A stretch of DNA of 64,000 bases, from the IMG/VR virus record IMGVR_UViG_3300037424_001256, positions 24,033 through 88,032 of that record. One strand, given 5' to 3'. Made by a program: the position numbers and the translations under genes. Below the pieces are notes generated by a model. The model saw nothing but the letters and a program-made list of their open reading frames with translations. It did no database searches and was not told where the DNA came from. The DNA comes from a virus. Its lineage: Duplodnaviria > Caudoviricetes. Positions 18,604 through 27,186 of the stretch are shown here, one piece after another. Numbering within the stretch: the stretch's first letter is position 1; each line of letters begins with the position of its first letter.

Positions 18604-19524
18604 GTGACACAAATTAATATTACTGAACTTAAGGGTTTAAACGTTGAAGAAATATCTTTAGTAGCTAAACCAGCAAACGAAAGGATATTCTTACTTTTAA
18701 AACAAGAAGGAGGGTCCACCTTGGATCAATTGGATGATGTCTTGAAATCACTTGCTGAGCTAGATATTGATCTAGAGAATGCTGAAAGCATCGAAGATAT
18801 CATGAAAAAGATGAAGTTGAGTGAAAAGGCTTCTAAGGCTTGCAAAGGTGCTCTCAAACTAATGTCGGCATATAAGGAAGAAATGCCGAAAAGCTTCATG
18901 GAAAAGCTGATTAGCATGGCTGGTTATGGTGATATGGAAGAAGAAGAAGTGGAAATGCAAAAACCAGCAAAACCAAAAGGAGGAAAAGAAATGCCTAAAA
19001 CAACCCCTGTTGTCGAGGAAAAAAAGAGGATGAAGAAAGAAGACGGGTCATTAGATTTTGATGCCATTCCTGAAGAGTCACGGGAACTTGTTCAGATGCT
19101 TTGGAAAGAACATGAAACCGCAGTTCAAAAGGCTCAAAAACTTGAGACTGACCTTAAAATTGAACGAGATATCAGGGTTACTAAAGAATTCCAAGATAGA
19201 GGGAAGGGATTCCCCAATATCGGTACAGCCGAAGTGGTTGGCGATGTCTTGAGAAAAGCCTTTGACGTTTCCGATGAATACGGAAATCAATTAGAAGTAA
19301 TTCTCAGAGATGCTAATACCAAGATTGAAAAATCGGAACTGTTTATCGAGAAGGGAACCAGTGCAAGAAGTATCGCCGATAGTTCATGGGCTAAGATCGA
19401 AGAACTTGCAAAAAGTATGGTCACTAAGGGTCAGGGTCAGACAATGGCACAAGCCATTGATAGAGTTTTGGCTGAAAATCCTCTACTCTACGAAGAATAC
19501 ACCAAAGAAAGGAGCGGTAAATAA
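18604..19524 (+). CDS. Scaffold protein
   Basis: E/K-rich coiled coil between protease and capsid genes; N-terminal 'VEEISLVAKPAN' motif. Confidence 0.6.
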   Translation: MTQINITELKGLNVEEISLVAKPANERIFLLLKQEGGSTLDQLDDVLKSLAELDIDLENAESIEDIMKKMKLSEKASKACKGALKLMSAYKEEMPKSFMEKLISMAGYGDMEEEEVEMQKPAKPKGGKEMPKTTPVVEEKKRMKKEDGSLDFDAIPEESRELVQMLWKEHETAVQKAQKLETDLKIERDIRVTKEFQDRGKGFPNIGTAEVVGDVLRKAFDVSDEYGNQLEVILRDANTKIEKSELFIEKGTSARSIADSSWAKIEELAKSMVTKGQGQTMAQAIDRVLAENPLLYEEYTKERSGK

Positions 19525-19925
19525 TGGCTTACGATATCAGAAATTTAAGCTTCTCTCTGATTGCATCAAGTAGCTACACAACTAGCCAATATAAAGCTGT
19601 CTTTGCATCAACTGCTACAGCGGATAATTTCGTAATCCTCGGAACTACAGTTGGAAATAGGATTCCTGTTGGAATTCTTCAGAATAATCCCGGCAATGGG
19701 GAATCAGGAGAGATTTGGGTTCCCGGATGTATTTCTAAAATAATTACTGGTGGGATCATTTCTCTTGGGAAAACATTTTATATTAAGGGCAATGGGAGAG
19801 CTTATAGTAGCACTGGCACTAACCCTTCTGCGAGATCTTTCCTTTATGGACCTACCCTTGAAGCTGCGTCAGCATCTTCGGATGTTATTACGGTCAGTTT
19901 TAATACCATAGGGACAACAACCTAA
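19524..19925 (+). CDS. Capsid decoration/cement-like protein, Ser/Thr-rich
   Basis: Position directly before MCP; 'GILQNNP' and 'LEAASASSDVITV' resemble DUF2190-like cement proteins. Confidence 0.55.
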   Translation: MAYDIRNLSFSLIASSSYTTSQYKAVFASTATADNFVILGTTVGNRIPVGILQNNPGNGESGEIWVPGCISKIITGGIISLGKTFYIKGNGRAYSSTGTNPSARSFLYGPTLEAASASSDVITVSFNTIGTTT

Positions 19926-20101
19926 TTAAATTGTTTGTAAAAATTTAAGATTTAGCACGGTCTAGGGCATTGCCCGAAATTACTGAATCCCCCCCAGTAA
20001 GACCGTGCTTTTTGTTTGCCTTTTTAGGGGGTTTTTATTCCACGTGAACATCGTTTTATGTAAATTTAAATTTATGAAAATTGGAATAAATTGAAGAAGG
20101 A

Positions 20102-21085
20102 GTGAGTAATTTGGGAAATCCTACCATATCCGACGTACATGTCGATAGGGCATTGACCAACATTTCCATTGCGTATATCCAAGATACCGAACGCAATTTC
20201 ATTGCTAATAAAGTTTTCCCTATAGTTCCAGTTAATAACAAAAGTGACAAATACTTCATATTTTCGCAAGCAGATTTTTTTAGAAATGAGGCAAAGGTAA
20301 GGGCACCGGGAGCCGAAACTGCTGGTGGAGGTTATAGGCTTAGTACCGATAATTACTCTTGTGATGTACTCGGATACCATGCGGATCTCGACGACCAAAC
20401 AAGAGCAAATGCAGATCAACCATTACAACTTGAGAGATCCCACACCATTTATGTAACACAACAAATTCTGCTTAAACGTGAAGTTGAATGGGTTAGTCAT
20501 TTCTTCACAACTGGCTTATGGACCGGATCTACAACGGGTACAGATCTAGTTGGTGGCGTAGACTTTACTCAATGGGACAATATCGTTAGTACGCCTATTG
20601 AGGATATCACCCAACAAGCTGATAGCATTTCTCGAAAAACTGGATATCGTCCAAATTGTCTGGTTCTTGGCCCAGAAGTATACACTACCCTCAAAAATCA
20701 TCCAGATATTCTTGACCGTGTTAAATATACCCAAAGGGGGATTATCACGGAAGATATCTTAGCGGTACTATTTGATGTTGACCGAGTTCTTGTTCCTAGA
20801 GCTGTACAAAATACAGCAAATGAAAATACTACTGCTTCATATGCATTTATTTATGGGAAAAATGCCTTCCTTGGATACGCAGCACCAGCACCCGGATTGT
20901 ATCAGCCATCGGCTGGTTATATGTTTACTTGGCAGGGTCTATTCGGAGCTGGAGCAGAAGGTGTCCGTATGAAAAACTTCAGAGTAGAAGTAAATGCATC
21001 TAATCGTATTGAGGGAGAAGCTGCTTGGTCAATGAAAGTTGTTGGAGCAGATTTGGGATGCTTCTTCTCATCTGCTATAGCTTAG
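20102..21085 (+). CDS. Major capsid protein
   Basis: HVDRALTNISIAY, VFPIVPV, FRNEAKVRAPG; size and position (start may be TTG 20111). Confidence 0.85.
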   Translation: MSNLGNPTISDVHVDRALTNISIAYIQDTERNFIANKVFPIVPVNNKSDKYFIFSQADFFRNEAKVRAPGAETAGGGYRLSTDNYSCDVLGYHADLDDQTRANADQPLQLERSHTIYVTQQILLKREVEWVSHFFTTGLWTGSTTGTDLVGGVDFTQWDNIVSTPIEDITQQADSISRKTGYRPNCLVLGPEVYTTLKNHPDILDRVKYTQRGIITEDILAVLFDVDRVLVPRAVQNTANENTTASYAFIYGKNAFLGYAAPAPGLYQPSAGYMFTWQGLFGAGAEGVRMKNFRVEVNASNRIEGEAAWSMKVVGADLGCFFSSAIA

Positions 21086-21098
21086 GCATAAATATTAG

Positions 21099-21164
21099 GG
21101 TATGGAATAAAAATGACTCAAAAACTTAGTTGTTGATGAGTCATTTTTTATTCCAATACCATTT
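21099..21164 (+). terminator. Long inverted repeat/terminator after MCP
   Basis: GGTATGGAATAAAAATGACTCA...TGAGTCATTTTTTATTCCAATACC. Confidence 0.65.
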
Positions 21165-21172
21165 CCATTTTT

Positions 21173-21574
21173 ATGGAGGTGAAATCATTAATGGGGTTTG
21201 AAAAAGAACAACGTCCAGCCATGAAGACGTTTGATGAAAGATATAGAATTCAGGCAGTAACAAGTACAGGAACAACAATTCTTGGCTATGGAGTTACTAC
21301 TCTATCGTCTACTAAAGCGGGTACTCTAACATTTATGATAGATCCACCACTCTATGCAGGAGTAGATAAGACTATTATTGCATTACTTCAGTCAGGTTCA
21401 TCTTCATTGTTTAGAGTAATTCCAAATACTACAACTGTAACATTTAGGTCAACCGGAGCAGGAACTAGAGCGTGTGCATTTAGCTCTACTGGAGAATCGG
21501 CTCAATTTATTGCAACATCTGCACTTAGGTACCATTGTGTATCGAATATGGGATCAACTTTTGGATCATCTTAA
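21173..21574 (+). CDS. Ser/Thr-rich putative virion protein (paralog of the C-terminal domain of 21617..22504)
   Basis: Shared DPxxAGxxKTI motif; ends STFGSS. Confidence 0.55.
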   Translation: MEVKSLMGFEKEQRPAMKTFDERYRIQAVTSTGTTILGYGVTTLSSTKAGTLTFMIDPPLYAGVDKTIIALLQSGSSSLFRVIPNTTTVTFRSTGAGTRACAFSSTGESAQFIATSALRYHCVSNMGSTFGSS

Positions 21575-21616
21575 GGGTAAAATTATGAAACAATGAGGAA
21601 AGGAGGAGAATTATAA

Positions 21617-22504
21617 ATGGGCAATGAGTATATAAAAAGACCGATTTTTTCTAATATGTTAAGGAATCTTCCGTCAACTGATAGCTATCTACTTTCAGAT
21701 GGAGATATTATCCTACATTTGCGTTCTACTGCTGGGGTTACAAGTGTAAAGATATTAGATAGCTCAACTAATGTAGTTGCTAGTATTAATTCTGCTGGTG
21801 CTGCCAGTTTCTCAGGTTTAGCTGCTACGAGCGATTTCGATGTAACTGGAAGTTTCTCTGTTAATACAGATGATTTTGTCGTTTCAGTAACATCTGATAT
21901 ATCAATGAAGCCAACTGGTGGAAATTTCAGAATTACGTTAGGTGATGCAGTAGGGGCAAAAAAATTATTTATCAAAGATTCGGCAAATAGTACAGTAGCA
22001 ACAATTGATTCAGATGGCACAGCTACAGTAGTTAAATTAACAGCTAGTAGTGATATTTCTGGTCAATCGGTCAGTGCAACGAGCAATCTTTCTGGTGTTC
22101 ACGTAACAGCAAGCTCTAATTTCGTAGGCACTGGCTTCGTACAAGGTGGTGGTGGTTTTGTTGATAGCTATTTGGCTAAGACAACTGCTACAGTCGGAAC
22201 GGCTATCACAAATAAAGGTTTTACATCATTGGCCCAAGCCAATACAACCCAAGTGACTTGGACGTTGGCAGATCCAACGGCAGCAGGATTTACTAAAACA
22301 ATTTTTGTGCTCAGTCAGACTGGTACTACGGCGAGAACTTTTATATTACCAGCATCAACGAAGACTGTCTTTTCTTCATCTCAAGGATCTACTGGTAGAA
22401 AAATTACGTTCGATGATCCGAGGGAATCAGTTTCGATGGTGAGCGCATCGACAACTACGTGGTTAGTTTACAATAGTCAATTCGCTACATTTGGATCGTC
22501 TTAA
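21617..22504 (+). CDS. Ser/Thr-rich putative virion fibre/decoration protein
   Basis: Internal repeat 'KILDSSTNVVASI / FIKDSANSTVATI'; ends ATFGSS. Confidence 0.55.
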   Translation: MGNEYIKRPIFSNMLRNLPSTDSYLLSDGDIILHLRSTAGVTSVKILDSSTNVVASINSAGAASFSGLAATSDFDVTGSFSVNTDDFVVSVTSDISMKPTGGNFRITLGDAVGAKKLFIKDSANSTVATIDSDGTATVVKLTASSDISGQSVSATSNLSGVHVTASSNFVGTGFVQGGGGFVDSYLAKTTATVGTAITNKGFTSLAQANTTQVTWTLADPTAAGFTKTIFVLSQTGTTARTFILPASTKTVFSSSQGSTGRKITFDDPRESVSMVSASTTTWLVYNSQFATFGSS

Positions 22505-22518
22505 TCACAACCTAATAA

Positions 22519-23481
22519 TTGAAAAAAGAGGAGGACAGGGGCAATCCTTTGGGGGGAGATGCCCACTTATTTATGAATAGAAGCGAGACTATAGACACTA
22601 GCAAGCCCATAGAAATATCTAATGTACCAGTAGAGTCACCGTTAGACTTAGAAAAAGTAACAAAAATAAAGAAAAACATATCAGAATTCAAGAGACATTC
22701 CGACAGTGTTATGATTTTGGGATTTGCGCCTGATAGTTTGAAATGGGCACCACTGGACGCTAGCAACATCGATATATGGGCTCTGAACGAATTATACATG
22801 GATAAACCGAAAATTGCCGTTAGAGCTACTGCTTGGTTTCAGCTTCATGGTTACGAGCCTCCGGTAATCAGAGATCCTAATCAAGTAAAAAGCCTATCAT
22901 TTTTAAAATGCCCCGTTTTAATGTGGAGAAAACATCCAAATATTCCAAATTCTATTGAATATCCATTACGGGAAGTATTAGAAGAATTTGATATATATGG
23001 TGATGATATGGCATTGGATCAACCTGATATCAGACAGAGAGCCTATTTTACTAACTCAATTTCATGGATGATAGCCCTTGCGATCAAGATGGGTTACAAG
23101 GATATTCAGGTTTATGGTGTCAATATGGCACAGGATCAAGAGTTCCAACACCAAAGACCAAGTTGTGAGTTCTTCCTTGGGTGGGCTAGGGGGAAGGGTA
23201 TCAAAATATACAAACCACCAGTCTCAGACTTGTTATTATCTACTTTCTTATACGGATACGATGATGCATCATCGTATATGCAAAAATTGGAAGCAAGAAG
23301 GATAGAATTAATTGAGAGGGTTGAGGGAACTAGGAGACAAAGAATCCAGTTCCAAGAACAAAGCAATCAACAATTGCAAGCAGAACAGAATTTATTGGGT
23401 GCATTGCATGATGTGGAATACATTATGAGACTAGGTAATCCTCTTCAACCGGATAAATTCTCAAAACCTAAAGGGGGATGA
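22519..23481 (+). CDS. Candidate glycosyltransferase, Maf/DUF115- or GT29-like
   Basis: ILGFAP...IWALNE and NSISWMIALAIKMGYKDIQVYGVNM resemble Maf/sialyltransferase-fold motifs. Confidence 0.45.
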   Translation: MKKEEDRGNPLGGDAHLFMNRSETIDTSKPIEISNVPVESPLDLEKVTKIKKNISEFKRHSDSVMILGFAPDSLKWAPLDASNIDIWALNELYMDKPKIAVRATAWFQLHGYEPPVIRDPNQVKSLSFLKCPVLMWRKHPNIPNSIEYPLREVLEEFDIYGDDMALDQPDIRQRAYFTNSISWMIALAIKMGYKDIQVYGVNMAQDQEFQHQRPSCEFFLGWARGKGIKIYKPPVSDLLLSTFLYGYDDASSYMQKLEARRIELIERVEGTRRQRIQFQEQSNQQLQAEQNLLGALHDVEYIMRLGNPLQPDKFSKPKGG

Positions 23482-23490
23482 TCCACTAAC

Positions 23491-23748
23491 ATGAGTAGTG
23501 ATTTATTTTATCTTGTCTTAAGGGATGGATATAGATTCAATGATCTTATCCTTAAGGCTGGATCAATTTATACATCGGAAGATTTTGAAGAAGTTCATGA
23601 ACAAAGAAAGATTGTCCTTGTTCTTGGGAGAATCATTTATCGTGGATCTGAAGAAGATGTAAAAGATAAGAGAAATAAAATTTTCGGAATCACTGATAGC
23701 GGTGAAGATTTAACTAAGAGAGAATATAAAAAGAAAACGACTAAGTAA
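23491..23748 (+). CDS. Hypothetical protein
   Basis: ORF in the head module. Confidence 0.5.
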   Translation: MSSDLFYLVLRDGYRFNDLILKAGSIYTSEDFEEVHEQRKIVLVLGRIIYRGSEEDVKDKRNKIFGITDSGEDLTKREYKKKTTK

Positions 23749-23770
23749 GGTCGTTTTCTTTTTTTGGGAG

Positions 23771-24232
23771 TTGATCCAAAATATGGTCTGGAGCTATGAT
23801 GGAAATCCCGGAGATAACCCCAAGGATGAGGTGCGCTTTCTTCTCGGAGATACTGATTCAGCAGATCAACTCTTGAGTGACGAAGAGATTTATTACTTGC
23901 TCACCTATTGGCCTAATCCTATTGCTTCTGCCGCCATGGGAGCAGAAAGACTTGCCACTCAATTCGCTAGAGATGCATCAACTAAAGCGGTAGGAGACTT
24001 AAAAATTACCCTCACTGAGAAAGGTAGGTCTTTTAGCGCTCAGGCATCGAGACTTTGGATCTTATCAAGACAATATAGAGGAAGACCACAATGTTATGCT
24101 GGTGGAATTTCTAAGGCCGATAGGCAAAACCAACTCAATAATAGTGATAGGGTACCACCTGATTTCTATAGGCATATGAATGACTTACCGGGCACAGGAA
24201 CAGAGTTAGGATCTTCCTTTGGGTCAAGTTAG
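23771..24232 (+). CDS. Head-tail adaptor
   Basis: EVRFLLGDTD...LLSDEEI...AVGDLKI; ends SSFGSS. Confidence 0.7.
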   Translation: MIQNMVWSYDGNPGDNPKDEVRFLLGDTDSADQLLSDEEIYYLLTYWPNPIASAAMGAERLATQFARDASTKAVGDLKITLTEKGRSFSAQASRLWILSRQYRGRPQCYAGGISKADRQNQLNNSDRVPPDFYRHMNDLPGTGTELGSSFGSS

Positions 24233-24245
24233 GGGTTGATTTTAA

Positions 24246-24584
24246 ATGTTTGAAACAGAATTTTTGGAATTTATGCGAGAGACAATAATTGTAAATCGAT
24301 TATCGGGATATACGGACTATGGAACTCCAACTCACTCAACTGCTTCAACTAGCTTTAGTTGTAGGATAGTTAGGGTGCATGAGAGTTTTACAGAAAGTAA
24401 TGGCGCAGAAAGCCTTATTGAGTCTTTTGTATATGTTGCCTCTACTGGAACATTTGATCCCGAAGACAGATTTACGTTTCCAGATGGATCTAATCCAATC
24501 TTGAAAGTTGTAGATTCTTATCCCGACGAAGATGGCCCATGGCACCATAATAGGCTTAAATTTGGCAAGAGAGGTGATCTATAG
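24246..24584 (+). CDS. Head-closure (stopper) protein
   Basis: Gene order; D.YG.P and 'D.FTFPDG' pattern. Confidence 0.55.
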   Translation: MFETEFLEFMRETIIVNRLSGYTDYGTPTHSTASTSFSCRIVRVHESFTESNGAESLIESFVYVASTGTFDPEDRFTFPDGSNPILKVVDSYPDEDGPWHHNRLKFGKRGDL

Positions 24585-24983
24585 TTGGCTAACGAAGGAA
24601 TTGTTATCACTGGACTTACTGAAGCTCTTGCTACGCTTGGGAAACTAGGTGGTGGTTTGCTGTCTGTTATCTCTGAAACTATAGATGAGGAACATGAAAA
24701 GATTATGGTATTAGCAAAAGAACGGACACCCGTGGACACCGGAGCGCTAAGAGCATCTGGTCATGTCATTCCAGCTAAAATTTCTGGCAATATGGTTAAG
24801 AGTGTTGGCGAATTCGGCGGTGAATCAGCACCATATGCATTAATTGTTCACGAAGATCTTACCAAGCATCATCCAATTGGGAGAGCAAAATTTTATGAAT
24901 CAGCTATGCAGGAAAAAACACCAAATGTTGGACCTGCAGTAAGGGATGCTATTTACGATTATTTTAAATCCATATCTATTTAA
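24585..24983 (+). CDS. HK97 gp10-like neck/tail-completion protein
   Basis: TPVDTGALRASG, YALIVHE, KFYESA. Confidence 0.75.
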   Translation: MANEGIVITGLTEALATLGKLGGGLLSVISETIDEEHEKIMVLAKERTPVDTGALRASGHVIPAKISGNMVKSVGEFGGESAPYALIVHEDLTKHHPIGRAKFYESAMQEKTPNVGPAVRDAIYDYFKSISI

Positions 24984-24998
24984 AAGTTGGTGCTTTAA

Positions 24999-25415
24999 AT
25001 GATATTAGATGAAGTTGCTAAGTATCTCCAAACTAGCGGTGTTGGAACAATCGGTACAAATATTTTTAAATCATATGGTACCAATCTCCCTAATACTTCC
25101 CTCTTCATTTACGAAACAGGAGGATTTAGACCGCAAGATACTTTCGGGTCAACATGTCAAGCTGCGTGGGAAAATCCAAACATTCAGATTGTATCAAGGT
25201 CAACAAATTACGTAACTGCAAGAAGGACCGCAGAAAATGCTTATAGGGCTCTTATTAACGTAGTGAATGAAACTTTACAAACATCAAGTTCCGATACGGG
25301 GAGTTTTTATCTCAGAATATTCGCTAATCAATCTCCATTCAGGCTTGGTGTTGATGAAAACGACAGACATCAAATAGCTTGTAATTTCGGGGTGATGAAG
25401 ACATTTTCAACTTAA
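24999..25415 (+). CDS. Tail terminator protein
   Basis: ENPNIQIVSRS, SPFRLGVDENDRH; gene order. Confidence 0.7.
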   Translation: MILDEVAKYLQTSGVGTIGTNIFKSYGTNLPNTSLFIYETGGFRPQDTFGSTCQAAWENPNIQIVSRSTNYVTARRTAENAYRALINVVNETLQTSSSDTGSFYLRIFANQSPFRLGVDENDRHQIACNFGVMKTFST

Positions 25416-25433
25416 GAAAGGAGGGAGGATATA

Positions 25434-26141
25434 TTGACTGGAACTCATGGTAAACATGCCCGGACTTATATTAACGGGTTTGATCTAAGCTCATATCTGA
25501 ATAGTTTTGGTGTAGCACAAACAGCCGATACCGTAGAGACAAGCGCATTTAGTTCCAGTGATAAAACCTACGTAGTTGGCTTAAGGGATGCTACTGTTTC
25601 CGCAGAAGGTTTTTTTGCAGGAAGTACAGTCCAGACTGATTATGTATTTAACCAAGTTCTAGGATCTACTGTTATTTGGTCATACTATCCTGCTGGCCCA
25701 GCACTAAGTAACGCTGGATATGGAGTTAAATCAATTGAAACAGCATACGAAATAACAAGTCCAATTGATGGCGTTGTTTCTATATCTGTTGAGGGTCAGG
25801 CTATCCTTGGTGCAGATAGAATATTATCGCATCATGACCTAATATCTGAATCAACAACCGGGAACGAGACATCTATTGATGCTACAGCTGCCAGTTCAAG
25901 GGGAGCTACGGGCTATTTACAGATAACAGGTATTACAGGTGGAATAACTGCAACTATACGTATTCAAGATTCGTCTGCTGGAAGTACATTCGCCGATCTA
26001 ATTTCATTTACTGCTTCTACAGGAATAACTGCCGAGAGATCCATATCATCAAGTGGGACAATAAAGCGTTTTACTAGGGCAGCGTGGACGCTTTCCGCTG
26101 CTGGAACAGTTACATTTAACGTTGGGATGAAGAGAAAATAA
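25434..26141 (+). CDS. Tail tube protein paralog 1 with C-terminal extension
   Basis: DTVETSAF...YVVGLRDATVSAEG shared with 26161..26574. Confidence 0.65.
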   Translation: MTGTHGKHARTYINGFDLSSYLNSFGVAQTADTVETSAFSSSDKTYVVGLRDATVSAEGFFAGSTVQTDYVFNQVLGSTVIWSYYPAGPALSNAGYGVKSIETAYEITSPIDGVVSISVEGQAILGADRILSHHDLISESTTGNETSIDATAASSRGATGYLQITGITGGITATIRIQDSSAGSTFADLISFTASTGITAERSISSSGTIKRFTRAAWTLSAAGTVTFNVGMKRK

Positions 26142-26160
26142 TTGGAAGGAGTTGTTTTAA

Positions 26161-26574
26161 TTGGCAGTTCATGGCAAGTCAGCTGGATTCTCAATAACAG
26201 ATACTGGCGGAACTCCCAGATTATTGAATTGTTGGATCACAAGTGTTTCGTTTCCAAGAACTAATGATACCGTAGAAGTTTCAAATTTCTGTAGTTCTGC
26301 AAAGGAATATGTTGCGGGACTTAGGGATGCAACTATATCAATTGAAGGTATCTGGGCAACTACACCGGATAAATACCTGAGTGGAATCCTTGGTACTTCT
26401 GCAGCGTTCATTTATTATCCGGGTACTACTGCACCTGTAGCTGGAAAATATGCTAAATATACTGGTACTTGTTTTGAAACCGCATACGAAGTCCCAACTG
26501 CGATTGACGCAGCAGCCACCTTCAGTGCAGAATTCCAAGTAAGCGGTCTGGTCAGCCGTAGTACCTCAGCATAA
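26161..26574 (+). CDS. Tail tube (major tail) protein paralog 2
   Basis: DTVEVSNF...YVAGLRDATISIEG; FSAEFQVSG; precedes the tail chaperone. Confidence 0.7.
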   Translation: MAVHGKSAGFSITDTGGTPRLLNCWITSVSFPRTNDTVEVSNFCSSAKEYVAGLRDATISIEGIWATTPDKYLSGILGTSAAFIYYPGTTAPVAGKYAKYTGTCFETAYEVPTAIDAAATFSAEFQVSGLVSRSTSA

Positions 26575-26604
26575 TTATCAAAAAATTAGTGGGGGGAAAT
26601 ATTT

Positions 26605-26961
26605 ATGACAAAGTCTAAAAGGAGATTATCAACGGATGATATTCTCAAGTCCACCGGACTAATTGAGAAGGAAGTTGAAGTTGAGCAATGGGGTGGATCA
26701 GTAATGATCCGGGAATTCAGTAAAGGTAGGCAACAACAGATTAGGAAAGAAGCAAGCGTTAGCGATGAGATAGACGTTGATAAATTAGAGCTTTTAATGT
26801 TTATTCATGGCGTTATTGATCCTGTTTTTTCTGAACAGGATTATTATGCGCTCAGAGAAAAATCTGCAATGGCAATCGACAAGGTTCTTAAGGAAATTAT
26901 GGCTATATCAGGTCTGGGTGAAAAGGATATTAAAGAAGCTGAGAAAAAATTTCGCACTTGA
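26605..26961 (+). CDS. Tail assembly chaperone
   Basis: EVEVEQWGGSVMIRE; position before TMP. Confidence 0.75.
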   Translation: MTKSKRRLSTDDILKSTGLIEKEVEVEQWGGSVMIREFSKGRQQQIRKEASVSDEIDVDKLELLMFIHGVIDPVFSEQDYYALREKSAMAIDKVLKEIMAISGLGEKDIKEAEKKFRT

Positions 26962-27127
26962 TGGAGATTTTAGATTCCAATTCATATTGGCTAAAGATCT
27001 AGGTAAGACAGTTAATGAAATAAGACAAATGGGAACGGTTGAGTTTTATCAATGGATGGCCTTTTATTCTTATCAAGAAAAAATGAGGAAAGCTGAAGAA
27101 AATAAAGCAAAATCAAAAAGAAGATAA
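26942..27127 (+). CDS. Frameshift extension of the tail assembly chaperone (+1 frame)
   Basis: Overlapping frame F-ALDGDFRFQFILAKDLGKTV...W; shift site AAA AAA TTT CGC at 26944-26955. Confidence 0.65.
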   Translation, partial: RKNFALDGDFRFQFILAKDLGKTVNEIRQMGTVEFYQWMAFYSYQEKMRKAEENKAKSKRR

Positions 27128-27186
27128 ACTCTGTAAGGGCTTATCTTCTTTTGTATTTTCCTTATCCAGATGAGACTGGAGGTGAA

